Shown here piece after piece: positions 1-12,840 of a stretch of DNA of 64,000 nt (its first letter is position 1; every line of letters begins with the position of its first letter). The notes beneath the pieces were generated by a model, which had not been told where the DNA came from, searched no databases, and saw nothing but the letters and a program-made list of their open reading frames with translations. Source of the DNA: Octopus vulgaris (taxonomy: Eukaryota); the NCBI GenBank assembly GCA_951406725.2, contig OX597825.1, forward strand, positions 60,512,001 to 60,576,000, written 5' to 3'. A program made the translations under genes and the position numbers.

Positions 1-128
1 GTAGTGGGGAGAAATATGTAGTGATGGGTATGTATTCGTGAATTAAAATATTTATAGAGACGTGTTATGTATATTTCGATGAATAAATTTTCTTTATTGA
101 AACGTTCCTGTATATGATTAAATTTTCT

Positions 129-1020
129 TTATTGAAACGTTCTTGTACTAGTGGAAGGGAAGACCGTGAAATTTGGTTTGACGTTATCTGTACATCTCTT
201 TATGTGTTCACTTAAAGGAATCTGTCTGTATTGCTGGAGTCGGATCTGCTCCTTGTGTAGAGTGGTTCTCCGTCTCAGTGTCATACTCGTCTGTCCTATA
301 CAGTTATGTTCACAACCCGAGCAGGTTATTACATAAATTAAATTCTCAGAGGCGCAAGTGAGGTTGGTTTTAATTGTGAACCTCTCTCCTTGTTTGAATA
401 GGAAATCCGCGCCCCCAAGTAGGTTGGGGCATGTTTCACAGTTTGGGCGTCTACATTTTTTAACCGTTGACTTCGTGGTTGTTCTGTAAAGCCTTGCATT
501 TGTTAGAAGTCGCTTTAGTGATTTGTGATGCTTTTTCCATTTGATGAATTTATGTATCTTCAGGATGTTGTTCATTTTGGGGGTCTCCAGTTAGTAAAGG
601 AATATTTTACACAATAGTGTTGTATGCTTCATTGTTTCTAGGGTTGTGAGTTGATATATACAGTAGTATTTTGAGATGAGGTATGGTGTTTTGTTTTGTT
701 ATCCTTAGTGCTTTTATGCTTAGTTTCTTGGCACGCTTAATTCCATCGTCTATAAGTGAAGGTAGATATTGTCTTTCAGTTAGTGTTGTTCTGAGGTCTT
801 GAAGACGAAGATCCCATTAGTTCTATCATACACTACTGTGCAGATCCTTTTTGCTAAATTAAAAGGAATATTTCTTTTGATGTGTTTCGAATGGCATGAG
901 CTAAAAAGGAGTTATTGCTTCGAATCAGTTGGTTTATGATAAATGTCATTTATAATTTGATTGTTGACTTTGTTATCATAATATCCAGAAATGGGAGCTG
1001 TTCTTTGCTATATTCCGTAG
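129..1020 (-). mobile_element. Penelope-like retroelement fragment: RT C-terminus/thumb plus GIY-YIG endonuclease, frameshifted and 5'-truncated
   Basis: Minus-strand translation from 1020 gives EYSKEQLPFLDI...IYHKPTDSKQ*LLFSSCHSKHIKRNIPFNLAKRICTVV (PLE RT motif 7/thumb). ORF 129-575 carries a CRRPNCETC linker Zn motif and NLIYVITCSGC..CIGQT..TLRRR...H (PLE GIY-YIG). Confidence 0.93.
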
Positions 1021-1110
1021 TTTTCTTTTAAACTGAGCGAGACGTTTAAAGTAAGGAGCGCACACGAGCTAATGTAGCGAATATTTCAGAAATAGATGTT
1101 AAAATGTTAT

Positions 1111-1172
1111 TTTCAACTGAAGATGCCAGACTATGTTGTTCATACAAAGGGTGAAAGCAATTGGTATTGAAA
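1111..1172 (+). ncRNA. Type I hammerhead ribozyme motif, near-intact, in a putative inverted PLE pseudo-LTR
   Basis: tttcaa-CTGAAGA-(weak stem II, internal tatg/cata)-GAAA-gcaattg-GTA-ttgaaa. Stem I is tttcaa/ttgaaa; helix III is a near-palindrome (ACCAATTGGT with one C>G). Confidence 0.7.
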
Positions 1173-3012
1173 TTTACATTGCTTACTGATGTATTCAATG
1201 CAAAGATAAGCCTATTTCTCATATGTTATTTGCATTGCTTGTGTGCATTTTCATCGTGAATTTATGGTGGTTTTCGAGCCCTGGCTCTTTCTTTCAGCAA
1301 GTGGTAATATATACGCTGCTGTATCTAAATTTGCCTATATATGACTTGATACTTTTAATGTATTTCAATATATATAGATATGGAACTTAAAACTACACGA
1401 GCGTATTTGTATCCATACTATCCCTAGAGCTTATAGACATATTTTCTCTAGTAAAACATATTTTTGCTTTATTATAAAAAAGGGAGATTATTAGTTACTC
1501 ACAGTTTGACCTAGTGAAATAATATTGTGACACCGGATTTTAACTTCTCTCGCATCTTCTATGTGAGTAAAACAGTTTTTTGTTCTTTTTTTATATTCCT
1601 AATACTAGCAATATTATAATATTTCTCCGTAATACTTCTAAAAAACATTATCGTAGTATAATATAAACAAACTTTTCATCCCTTCTTTATTGATATTTTC
1701 AGTCCAATTCTTTGTATATTAACACCCCTCATAATTACATTTGTCTTTCTCCCATCTTCCTCCAATAAACTTATAAATATAATTATAAACATATTTTTCA
1801 AATGCATTTGATCTTTTAGCATCATTTCCACGTTCAATATTCGCTAAATTTAAACGATCAATTAATTTCTAATCACATGAACTCCTAATATGGTGTTTTT
1901 TACATTAGAAAATTATAAACGAAACCCTCAAATAAGATATTCCCCAATACAAGACCGGAAAATATACTTACTTTTCCCTGGAGATACTCGGCAATATATT
2001 GTTTATTACATCTATAAAAGTTCGAATGTTGATGATTCAGATTGAATTATGTGTAGGATTTTTTCGGATATTGTTTGGTTGTTTTGTTGATCCGGTTCCT
2101 GTTATACGTATCTCTTTTTCTTTGCATTACTTTTCCATTGTGATACAAATAAAAAGGAACCAAGCATCTATTATATTTTTTCTTCTCCATTTATTTTATT
2201 AACTTTATAAATTATGAGATTATTTATACCTATATATTGCGGAACCTTATTTCAGTACATTTTATAAAACCAGTTGACAGCTGAATTGTTATTAACCATC
2301 CCTTACTGGAAAATTGCATCCTCAAATTGTGTGTGTGTACTTTAATGGAGAATGCTGCATATTAATTAGGTATGTAACAATTACTAAAAGTACTAAAAGA
2401 AAGCAATTATTAAAGGGTGACTGTCGGTAAATATTTTTATAAATTCATGTTCTAAGAAATTTCCTATAATTTCGCTTTCTCAAGTTTATTGAATATTTTA
2501 AACTCTAATTTCTCTCAAATTGAAATATTCATTGCAGCACAGTGTCCAATACTTCACAAATTTAAATATTCATTGCTTTCACTGTTGAGTATTCCATTTT
2601 CATTTGCAAAATCTCTCACTTTCTCTTTTAAGTTTTTATTTGCTATCTGGAAAATCGACAGTTTTTTCTATTATTATTACGTAATATAAAAGCATTATTT
2701 ATTGAATGAAATAGTTTTAACTACCCGTATAATTTTTGAATACGGGATAGCTGTGAAAAGAGGCTAGAAAGTTGGGTAATTATTATTAGAAGACGAGGAG
2801 AAAAGAAAGTTACCAACTAGTACTCGAAACTTACACCTTATTTACAGTTTCCAAACACACTGTACCACAAAGCCTGTATATACATAAGCAAGTTGCACAA
2901 GCGACTTCAACAATGACACGCACTTCAATATGCACTCGCTCAAACACATCGATAAACATACACACAAATCAAAGGTAATGAATGCATGTGTGCGTGTGTG
3001 TGTGCGTGCTGG

Positions 3013-3063
3013 TCACTGACAAAACTTCCTGCTGTACCACTTTGTGTGAAGTTTTGTCAGTGA
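3013..3063. repeat. 16-bp perfect inverted repeat (hairpin) heading an unclassified repeat
   Basis: tcactgacaaaacttc (3013-3028) pairs with gaagttttgtcagtga (3048-3063). Confidence 0.75.
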
Positions 3064-4293
3064 ACAGGTCGCGGTGCCAAAGTGATGACAATATTTTGAC
3101 ACAAATGAAATTTTAATGTTGAAGTGAAATTAACGGTTTTTGTGTTTTCTTGAATGGGTTACAAACATCTTCCGCGCTGCAATTGTTTTAGTTTCAGCAC
3201 ACGATCTCAGATCAAGTCACTTGCTATGCAAGTATATCAAGATTTTTGTTCTTGGGTAAAACACTTAATTTCACGTCACTCCAATTTACTCTGCTGTAAA
3301 TAGGTAATTCTGTAAATGAAGTTCCGTTCGGGTGTGGGATGGCGGTAGGAGATGACCTCCCTGCCGAGCCTTTCGAAAGCTACAACAATTGAAGAGGCAT
3401 ATTGTGACTAGTAGAGTATAACAACATCCGATATTCTGGTTCATACAGTGATACAGTGATTACGTACAACAATGGAAGTTAACTCTTACTTCCTACTATC
3501 AGGCTTTAAGTTGATTTTGGTATGATGAAATTCTGTGCACAATATATTCAAACAGCTCGGTTGAAGCTGGTGCTAAGAAAATAATTTAAGTAACTTCGAA
3601 ATTTAATAAACTCAAACGAAACTTTTAAATAGTAATTACGCAATCGACAAATAAATTTTTATTTCAATATTTTTTTCAGTTCTTCTTTATATATTTTATT
3701 TTTGATGAAATTACACCAGAGTAAACCTTTAGAGACAGTGTGTAAATACTTGGTTGTTTTCAGTAACTAATTTCCGAAAGTCGTGACATTTTTCTACAGT
3801 TTAGTTCCAAATCTTTTACCTGATTTTGGTTTTAAAGAAAACTTTCAATAAAGGTCTCGAAGAACGCGTCACAATTTTAACATTTGCTTTCAACTTATGA
3901 GGAAATATTTAAGTGTATGTGTTTCTCGACTCAAGAAACATATTCAATTTCATACGCATACACATGTGTGTGTGCGTATGTGCGTGTATATATGCATGTA
4001 TGAATATATGTATGTACGTATATATGTGAATATGTGTGTGTGTACATACATACAGGCTGAAGACAAATCACTTGTGTTCTGCTATCTACAAATACGTCAC
4101 TGATGCCGCCTAAATTTCTGTTTTCTTTGGAATTTTCCACACGTAGAATACTACATCCTTTACGAAGAAGAAAAATGCAACTTGAATAGAAAACTTTTCG
4201 GAAGCTGATCATGGATTTATTATTAACAGGAAACTAAAATCTCTTCATACGTGAAGACACGCAAATACTCAGAAAGACACAAACACAGTTACA

Positions 4294-4344
<51 letters not shown>

Positions 4345-4726
4345 ATGTATTATGTATGTATGTATGTATGTATGTATGTATGTATGTATGTATGTATGTA
4401 TGTATGTATGCATGTATTATGTATGTATGTATGTATATATATATATATGTGTGTGTGTATTGTAAACTTGTGATGCAATATGTTGCTACGATTAGTTATT
4501 TGCTTGGGGATAGCTTCTGGCAAATAACTAAAGATTCGATGACATAAACAATATCTACTAAATAAATTGATTATTTGCCCCTACTACATGTAAATAGCAT
4601 ACGCATACATGCCTTATGTAAAAGGATTTTTAGACTGCGGTCATTCTAGTGCAAAAATATAGATGCATCTGACAGTGTTGCTAATTTCACTGAGGTATTT
4701 TTGTTGTTGTCAATGCACTAATTCAT

Positions 4727-4981
4727 GGAGGCGCGTGTCTTAGTGGTTAGGGCGTCAGCATCATCACCGTAAGATTGTGGTTTCAATTCCTGGAACGGGT
4801 GACGCGTTGTGTTCTTGAGTAAAACACTTCATTTTACTTTACTCAGTCCACTCAGCTGGCAAAAATGAGTAGCGCTGCGATGGACCGGCGTCCCGTCCAG
4901 CTGGGGAACACATACACATTGAAACCGGGAAATCGGGCCCATGATCATAGCTAGGCTTTAAAAGGGCGCCTTTATTTATTT
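4727..4981 (+). mobile_element. tRNA-derived SINE (family B) with a MetaSINE-like central domain
   Basis: A-box-like cttagtgg and B-box-like ggtttcaattcc, then gcgatggaccggcgtcccgtccagctgggg...gaaaccgg and a ttta tail. A near-copy follows at 4984. Confidence 0.8.
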
Positions 4982-4983
4982 GT

Positions 4984-5218
4984 GGAGGTACCTGGCTTAG
5001 TGGTTCGGGTGTCAGCATCATGATCGTAAGATTGTGGTTTCGATTCCTGGACCGAGCGATGCGTTGTGTTCCTGAGCAAAACACTTCATTTCACGTTGCT
5101 CTAGTCCACTCAGCTGGCAAAAATGAGTAACGCTGCGTTTATGTTCCCGTCACTTAGCGGTTCGATAGAATAAGTACTAGGCTTACAAAGTATATGTCCC
5201 GGGGTCGATTTGCTCGAC
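4984..5218 (+). mobile_element. Tandem SINE family B 5' half fused to a SINE family A 3' segment
   Basis: 4984-5137 repeats 4727-4880. 5138-5218 matches the family A body (cacttagcggttcg..gatagaataagtactaggcttacaaag..ggggtcgatttgctcgac). Confidence 0.75.
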
Positions 5219-6123
5219 GTGATTTTAATCTATTTTTTTTTTGCCTGCTATCCTCATTACATTTAAATCTTCTCCATTCTGGATCCTCAATTTTTTTTAT
5301 GTTTACATAGAATAGTTTGTCTTGGTTTGGGAAATACAATCAACAGAGATTCGTTTAGGTGGACTATATCTTGTTCTTGTGTGTTGGTGTCTATCAGTAT
5401 TCACTATATCCGTTGTCTATGCAACAACCTTCGAAGCAGAATTAGTTGCATCGAAAGCTAAAGAAATTAGTACCTGTATAATTTGCGTTTCACTTGAAAT
5501 CGCAAATCCTTTAAAATCATTTTCGATGTCCTTACTAAATGTAGACACATGTATTTAAAGTAAGCATATCTTATATAATCCATTTTCAGCGCATGTGCTT
5601 CTAAAGGCTTCTAGCCAACACAGTAAGCTACGTGTCTCAAATTATTTCCCTTTATAAATTTCATAATGATCTCTCAGTTAACTCCATTTAGAAGACACTT
5701 CATAAGCCAGCAGAGAAATTGACTTAAGAGAATGTAATATGCCGCATAGAACAGCGATTGAATTAATAATGTACATTTAGATGGGTTGTCGGTAGTAAAT
5801 AGAATTAACATTACTTTCCATCCGAAGTTATATTTCAGATGAGGTTGACATTATCTCAAAATTGAATACCAACCTAACACAGTCTAGTAAAAAGTTTTCT
5901 CTTACTTCAAAGTAAGTTTGAAAGTGTTCCAGTGTAAAATTAATTGTAAACACCCATTTTTTTCTGTCAATATAAAACACTGCAAAATGTTTCATAGCTT
6001 TCAGATCCCTGGGGAAATTTTAGTGATGAAGGGCAATTTACTTTTGTGGGTTCAACCAGCGTGAGCGTAGCATAACAAAAAAAGCGATCTGTTTATGCTT
6101 TATAACATGTTGATTATAATAGT

Positions 6124-6540
6124 CTTCTTCTTTTCTTGAGACAGCATTCACCCGGGATGGGTTGAGCTGGTTTCATTCATCCTCAATGCTGCATCTCTCA
6201 CAAACGCCGACCAGGCCTGGCAGTCTTGAGGTTAACAACCGCGTGATCTCCAACCACTCCTTATTCCAACAGCGAACGCCGTAGACATGGGTGCCTAGGT
6301 TGGGTTCCACATCAGCCTTGACTGTCATCTGCCAGGTTTTTCGTTGTCCACCACATCGTTTTTGCCAACCCTGAAGGGGAGCTGGGGAAATTGCTTCGTA
6401 GATGAATTCTCCTGGTTGACGACGGAGGATGACTTGTCGGAGGGAGGTGATTTTGCACTGCTGTCGCACCGAATTGTTAGAGACATAGTGATGCCACCGG
6501 ACACGAAGGATGCGGCGTAGACAGAGGTGATCGAAGGAAT
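6124..6540 (-). mobile_element. RTE-clade LINE 3' end
   Basis: Minus translation FDHLCLRRILRVRWHHYVSNNSVRQQC...GWQKRCGGQRKTW...DVE, then a short 3' UTR and an (AAG)n-like tail at 6124-6136. Confidence 0.85.
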
Positions 6541-7311
6541 CTAGTCACTTAATATCTTATTATAATAGATTCGCAAGTGTCCGTGTACTTCAAGAAAGAC
6601 TTTTCCAATACAAAGCTGTTCCATCGACATTGTATATGCAAATGGCGAACAGAAAGAAATGGACAAACTCCTCGACATGCCTAGCTGCTCCCTCGTCTGC
6701 CGAGAACTTTCAAATGTTTCGTTAAAACGTTTAGTCCTTGTTCTCGTTGAAAAGGGACATATTCTATTATAAAAAAAATATCTCTTAATCCTTTCACTTA
6801 TACAAAGTTTAATCCCCTTCTCCGTAATCAGCACCCCAGCAAGGTCTCGACATTTCCTAATTTTTATTGTTTTCTTTTTGCATCATTGTTCTCCTTGTGA
6901 ACATCTTTGTCTTTAATCCACTGCTACTAAACATCTTATGCAATTTTGTTTCTCTATTTAAGTTATACATTGTAGCAGGGACAATGTTATATAATTTACA
7001 CAAGCTTTTCGTCGGAACACCGATGTTGATTCTTTTTTCAGCATTTCACTTCTATATCTTATGTACAGTATATACTATTTCGTAATTTACACCTCGCAAA
7101 GAAATTCCTAAAGGCACTGAAATCCTTAATGGAGTTAAAAGCGAATAGAATAAAATAGATGCAGAAATTCAAATAAGAAAGGATTGCCAGTATTTACGAG
7201 TGTACAGCAAAATCTTTTGTTCCAATGAATGCAACGAAAACTTTTGCAGGAAGTGAGTGGGCCGAATCAACAATATCTACCGAATTAGCAGCTTGTCGGA
7301 GGGATAGCTAG

Positions 7312-7365
<54 letters not shown>

Positions 7366-8448
7366 CCCTTTGAAATGTTAGATGTAGTAAACAACTTGAC
7401 ATTTGTAGAAATGGAAAATTAAAAGTATTCAATTTTTACGAAGTACAAAGCGAAATTGCTCAGAGAAGAGTACTTTGTAAGAAATAAACATTATTACTGA
7501 AAAACACTACGTCAATGCAGATCACATATGCACACGTGTGTTTGGGTATTTTAAAGTTTGAAAAACGAAAGTGCTTACACACTATACTATACGGAAATTC
7601 TTCCCAAAAGGTTTGTGACATTCTGTTTTTTTAAATAATCTTTTCTAAAAATTACTAATTTTTAAAACAAAGAACTTTCTATGAATATTGTAACTGTATC
7701 AAATATTTTTCGCAAAATCTTTAAACATACATACGTACATATATAAATACATGCATACATACATATATGCATACATACATACGTACGTACGTACGTACAT
7801 ATATACATATACGTATACATATAGTAAAATATAACGCCCAAGGTACCGGGCAGGACCAACACACACGGAACTCTGTTGTTGCGAGGTAAACTATACTATA
7901 ATGATACTTATTTGCATCCATTCTTAGGATATATTAGGTTCTGGAAGTGTACTTTCATTAGAACGTCGGATAAAATGCGATATATTATCGAATATTATTC
8001 TATACGTACTGAGCTCAAATCTCACATTGGTCAACTTCGTCATTCACAGTTTTCGAGGTTAATAAATGAAGAACTATTTGATCGCATTTAGCGGTCTGTG
8101 AATTCGTCGGATCAGCTATTTGGTAGTATTTATTTAGGTTGTGTATGTTCTGAGTTCAAATTCCATTTCATTTCTCTAGAACGACGGGACTCTTGTCAAA
8201 AACAATGTTATGTTTGGCATGCTGTTAAGTGAGTGGAGTTTAGCTGATTTCTCTAAAAGCATATACCTAGTTTGGCTACAGAAAACGCATGCACTCTTGC
8301 ACGTTCTATGCTATATATCTGCCGTTATCGCTCATAGTATCTTTTTCAAATTGTGAGTTTTTCCTGAGCATTGACCATGAATATATACACTCAGCCTCAC
8401 CTTTACATATACTTACACACATATATGCATATGTTCATATTGTGTATA

Positions 8449-8494
<46 letters not shown>

Positions 8495-8684
8495 TATATT
8501 AAATTAGAGATAAAACCACTATTAGGCAAATCAAACAGTGAAAATCATAAGCCAATACATAGAAATAAAATTAATTAAAAAATATAAAAAATATAAAATA
8601 TAAAGTATAAAAATCCAATTAAAATATTTAAATTAAAGTTAAAATTTAAAAAATATATTTAAATTAATAAATTAAACTTATAAA

Positions 8685-8720
<36 letters not shown>

Positions 8721-8924
8721 TATTATTTTATTTATTTATTTATTTATTTATTTTTTTTTTATTTAAATTTTAAACTTTCAAAAAGTATTAAAAGTTTAAT
8801 ATAAGATATTATATTATGTGTATGCATGTGTGTTAATGCCTACATATGTACGCATATACATATATATGTATATGCGTTATGTATGAATATATATGTGAAT
8901 ATGTGTATACATACATATTCTGTA

Positions 8925-9365
8925 ATATTGGTTTTAAAAGTTGGGCACAAGGGAAAGGGGTGAGTCATTTACATCGACCCCAGCAGTACCCGAGTGGTAC
9001 TTATTTTATTGGTCTCAAAAGGATTAAAAGGAAAAGCGACCTCGGCGGAATTTGAAACCAGTATGTAAAGACGGTCGAAATCCAGAAAAGCATTTTCTCA
9101 GGAGTAGCAACGTTTCTGCCAGGTCGCCGCCTTATGTATAATTAATATTAGTTTCAAATTTTGGTGCAAGGCCAGCAATTTTGGGAGAGGGACTAAGTTG
9201 ATTAAAACCACCTAGGTGCTCAACTGGTCCTTATTTTATCGACCGCGAAAAGATTAAAAGTAAAGTCGACCTTGATGCCATTTGAACGCAGAACCTAAAG
9301 ACTGGTGACATACGGCTAAGCATGTTTTCTCGGTGCGAAAAATGCTTCTGCTAGGTTGCTGCCTT
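8925..9365 (-). mobile_element. Two tandem tRNA-derived SINEs (family C)
   Basis: Two copies (about 8925-9133 and 9146-9365) of ggcacaag...atcgacccca..ctggtacttatttt..gtcgacctcggcggaatttgaa..gccgcct; the tRNA head is on the minus strand. Confidence 0.8.
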
Positions 9366-9823
9366 ACATTTGTAATAATATTATGGAGCGTTAGAGGGAG
9401 TGTCAAAATAAGTGAATGGATAATTGGAAGCCCCGGAGAAAAGAGATGTAATTTATCTCACTCATCTTCGGCAATATATTGATAGACAGCTTGAAGCTAA
9501 CGTTTCAGCGTTAAAAGTGTTTTGTTCAAAGCTCAGAAAGATAACAACAACAACAACAACAACAGAAACAGAATTAACATGAGACATTAGAAGTTCTTAT
9601 TTTGTCACTGTGACATCAAGTCTGCCTCTCAGCTGTTTCATTCTTTCTTTTGCATGCCAAATGTCCATTGAGTGAAAAACTCCTATTCACGTTGCCTTCG
9701 TGAAATTTTTCATTTGTGTTAAACGAAATCCTTTATGAAATTGTCGCTTGAGGTCTCATGTCACTATCCTGTCAATATAGATTTGTTGATGATTTTTCAT
9801 CCACTTCTGTTGCGCTGTTCGTC

Positions 9824-10003
9824 CTTTCTTCCTTTTTTTCTTTCTTTTTTCTTTTTTTCTTTCTTTCTTTCTTTCCTTCTTTCTTTCTTTCTTTCGTTCT
9901 TTCTTTCTTTCCTTCTTTCTTTCTTTCTTTCTTTCTTTCATTCATTCTTTCTTTCTTTCCTTCCCTTTCTTTCTTTCTTTCTTTCCTTCTTTCTTTCTTT
10001 CCT

Positions 10004-10035
<32 letters not shown>

Positions 10036-10116
10036 TCCTTCTTTCTTTCATTCTTTCTTTCCTTCCTTCTTTCTTCCCTCCTTTCTTTCCTTCTTTCTGT
10101 CTTTCTTTCTCCCTTC

Positions 10117-10175
<59 letters not shown>

Positions 10176-10180
10176 TCCTC
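9824..10180. repeat. (TTTC)n / (TTCC)n microsatellite
   Basis: Direct inspection. Confidence 0.95.
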
Positions 10181-10773
10181 TCTCCACCCTCTTAAATGGT
10201 TGTGCTGCAGTAGCGGTAAAACCTTTTCCCCTTCTTTTCTTTTTCATAGTTTCTTGCCGTATCAGCTATAAATTTTTAATTGGAATAAAATTCTAGAGCT
10301 TTGGGATTGCTTTTTTTCTTTCAAAAGTTTTAACAAATAATAGAAGGTCGTACAGTACAGTTACACAGTGCATCCTACTCACGTAACCACAAAAATCAAT
10401 ATACTAAAACATATATTTTGGCATTACAATGTAATAATTTTAATTTTGAAACCCTCTATTGTGAAACATCACCTCTTTCACTCTGTAATTTCCTATCCGC
10501 ATGGCAAACTGCGCACAAGGGTAAGAGCGTTCTTCGTGACACGCGAACACACACACACACACACACGCACACACACGCACACACACACACACACACATGA
10601 GTGTGTGAACAAATGGAAGAAAAGAGCACTCAGCACATTTAGTAGGAGTTATAACTATTGTTTAAAATGGGTTTGAAATCCGATCCATACGACTTAAAAT
10701 TTCGCAGGCTTCTTAAAGAAACCGCGCGTGTCCAGGCACAGATTACCGATAACCCCCACTCTCTCTATACATA

Positions 10774-10809
<36 letters not shown>

Positions 10810-10824
10810 TATATTAAAACACTA

Positions 10825-11110
10825 GAGCGTTCAGCGAGCCAGGTTAAGCATAGATTTTAAAGAATTTTGGTTCGCTTACCGATGCAGATTTTGCAGCGCC
10901 CGTTGCCATTACTAAAGGGGCCTGGTTTTTCTAAGACCTTCCAACTGATATCAAATGGAATCCCTTGATCTTTGAGGTGCCACACATGGCTGGCCAGGGA
11001 CGTGACGAAACGTCTTTCTGGAGCCCTGACATATGAGTGGTAGTTGGAGAAGCCTCACTTGAAAGGTGTGCTGTCTGATCCAATGTATTTACGGTGTATG
11101 GTCTCGTTCC
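10825..11110 (-). mobile_element. PLE GIY-YIG endonuclease fragment (degenerate)
   Basis: Minus translation RKYIGSDSTPFK*..SN.H.....TSLASHVWHLKDQGIPFDISWKVLEKPGPFSNGNGRCKICIG...IL.....SLNA. Confidence 0.85.
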
Positions 11111-11240
11111 TGGTGTATCTCTGGTCGGCTCTGGTCCTGGGGATATTGTTGGTGCTACCAGTATAGCTGGAGCTGTTATCATTATGACGCATTGATCTGG
11201 TGATGCTGGTATAACTGTCGTCGTCGCGGTTTATATCAGA

Positions 11241-11745
11241 GGGAAGATCGTAGAACACACAGGCCCTTTTACTAATGGAAGCGGGCACTGCAAAATCTGC
11301 ATTGCTGAATCAGCCAAAATTCTTAAAACGTATGCTGAGCCTGGCTCACTGAACGCTCGTAAAGAAATATGAACACAATAGGTCCATTTCAAGCACTACT
11401 TCCTGCAAAATTGGGATTCTCCGCTCACTGATTAGACTCGTAAGATACCTTACGAAATAAATCCACATTTCAATTAATAACTCCTACCCTGGTGCGTAAT
11501 AGCTTATAATTAATAACTTATCCTCACGTCTTTTTTATCTGATAGATGTTTGACCAATTGATCATAGCGTTTGTCCGCCTCCGTGAGGGGAAGAGTCAAA
11601 TTTGTCTTTGTATAGAGTGTGATGAGCTGTCCACAAAAGCTGCAGCTTTCTTGGATGCGAATCCATGGGTCACTCTATGACCAGATCTTAACTGTTGTGA
11701 TTTAATGCTTTACTGCTCTATTGGTTAGAGTGTGCTTAGTATATT
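11241..11745 (+). mobile_element. Inverted second copy of the PLE endonuclease C-terminus plus 3' UTR/pseudo-LTR
   Basis: Plus translation KIVEHTGPFTNGSGHCKICIAESAKILKTYAEPGSLNARKEI. 11251-11358 is the reverse complement of 10825-10933, and a degenerate HHR lies downstream. Confidence 0.8.
11612..11678 (+). ncRNA. Degenerate type I hammerhead motif
   Basis: atagagt-gTGATGA-GC..tcca..aaagctgcagcttt..tgga.GC-GAAt-ccatgg-GTC-actctat. 7-bp stem I; two core substitutions (C3>G, A15.1>T). Confidence 0.6.
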
Positions 11746-12737
11746 GAATATATATATATATGTATGTGTGTGTGCGCATGTGTGTGTATGTGTTTGTGGG
11801 GCATATGATTTTAAGTCCACAACGAAACTATGTCTGTGACCATGCACCTAAAATATACCCTTTAGATTTCGTAAAGATAAATGGTAATACATTCGCTGCA
11901 AGTATATGCAATACCACAGCGTTACTGTCTCCTTGAAATACATACCTGCGACACTTGATGCCCTGAGAGATAATACAACCACTTCCTGAATGATCCTCAA
12001 GTATGCATGGAAATATGTATGGATGTATTTATATAGGTACGTATGTATGTTTGTAAGTATATTTGTATGTATGCATGTATGTACATATATCCATTTCTAG
12101 CGTTACCTCCTGGAAAATTGGGATTCTCCGTTCACTGATTAGGCACAAGGCTGCAGCTTTCGTAGATGCGAGACCACTGTTCTCTAAATCACTAAAGTTA
12201 AAGTCTGTTCATAGTGTGACCTGAATGATCCTCTTGTTTACTGGGCAGTATGCATGCAAATATATATGTGTATGGATGTCTCTTCTATTTTACTTCAAAG
12301 TTTCTAGCTAGCTATATAACATTCCCCACCGGTGAACCAGTTCTGTATCCTTTTTAGGAGTCATAATTTGATGGTATCTTATTCCAATCTGGATAAGTTA
12401 TTACAATCTGGATAATCTCACGTGTCCCAGAATCATAAATTAAAACCGAAATAACTCACTGACACTAACTGACACTGGTACATCCCATCTTCAGCAGCCA
12501 ATTTGTTACTGTTCATATAATCGGCATCTGCTCACTCAAAGGAACCTGATCCTGCAATGCATTAGTATTATGAACATATAATACATGCTTATTGAAATGA
12601 ATTACTTGGCAATTAAAAAAAGAAAATTTTTAAATGTCACTACCAGTATTAGAATTCGTCTTGATCTCGTAACAGTGAAACATTTTTATACACCTGTCTA
12701 GATTCATATGTTACTTGAGGGAAATAAGATATGAACG

Positions 12738-12840
12738 AACATTAAAAAACATTCATAAACATAAAAAACATTCATAAAAACATTAAAAAACATTCATAAA
12801 CATAAAAAACATTCATAAAAACATTAAAAAACATTCATAG
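12738..12840. repeat. A-rich minisatellite (aaacattcataaac-type units)
   Basis: About five repeats of aaaacattcata with alternating spacers. Confidence 0.8.

Noticed and set aside
9735-10271. 178-aa Phe/Leu/Ser ORF and the opposite-strand KERK ORFs
   Set aside because: Translation of the (TTTC)n microsatellite.
12738-12840. Repeat-spacer-like array (CRISPR)
   Set aside because: A-rich minisatellite without unique spacers, in a eukaryotic context with no cas genes.
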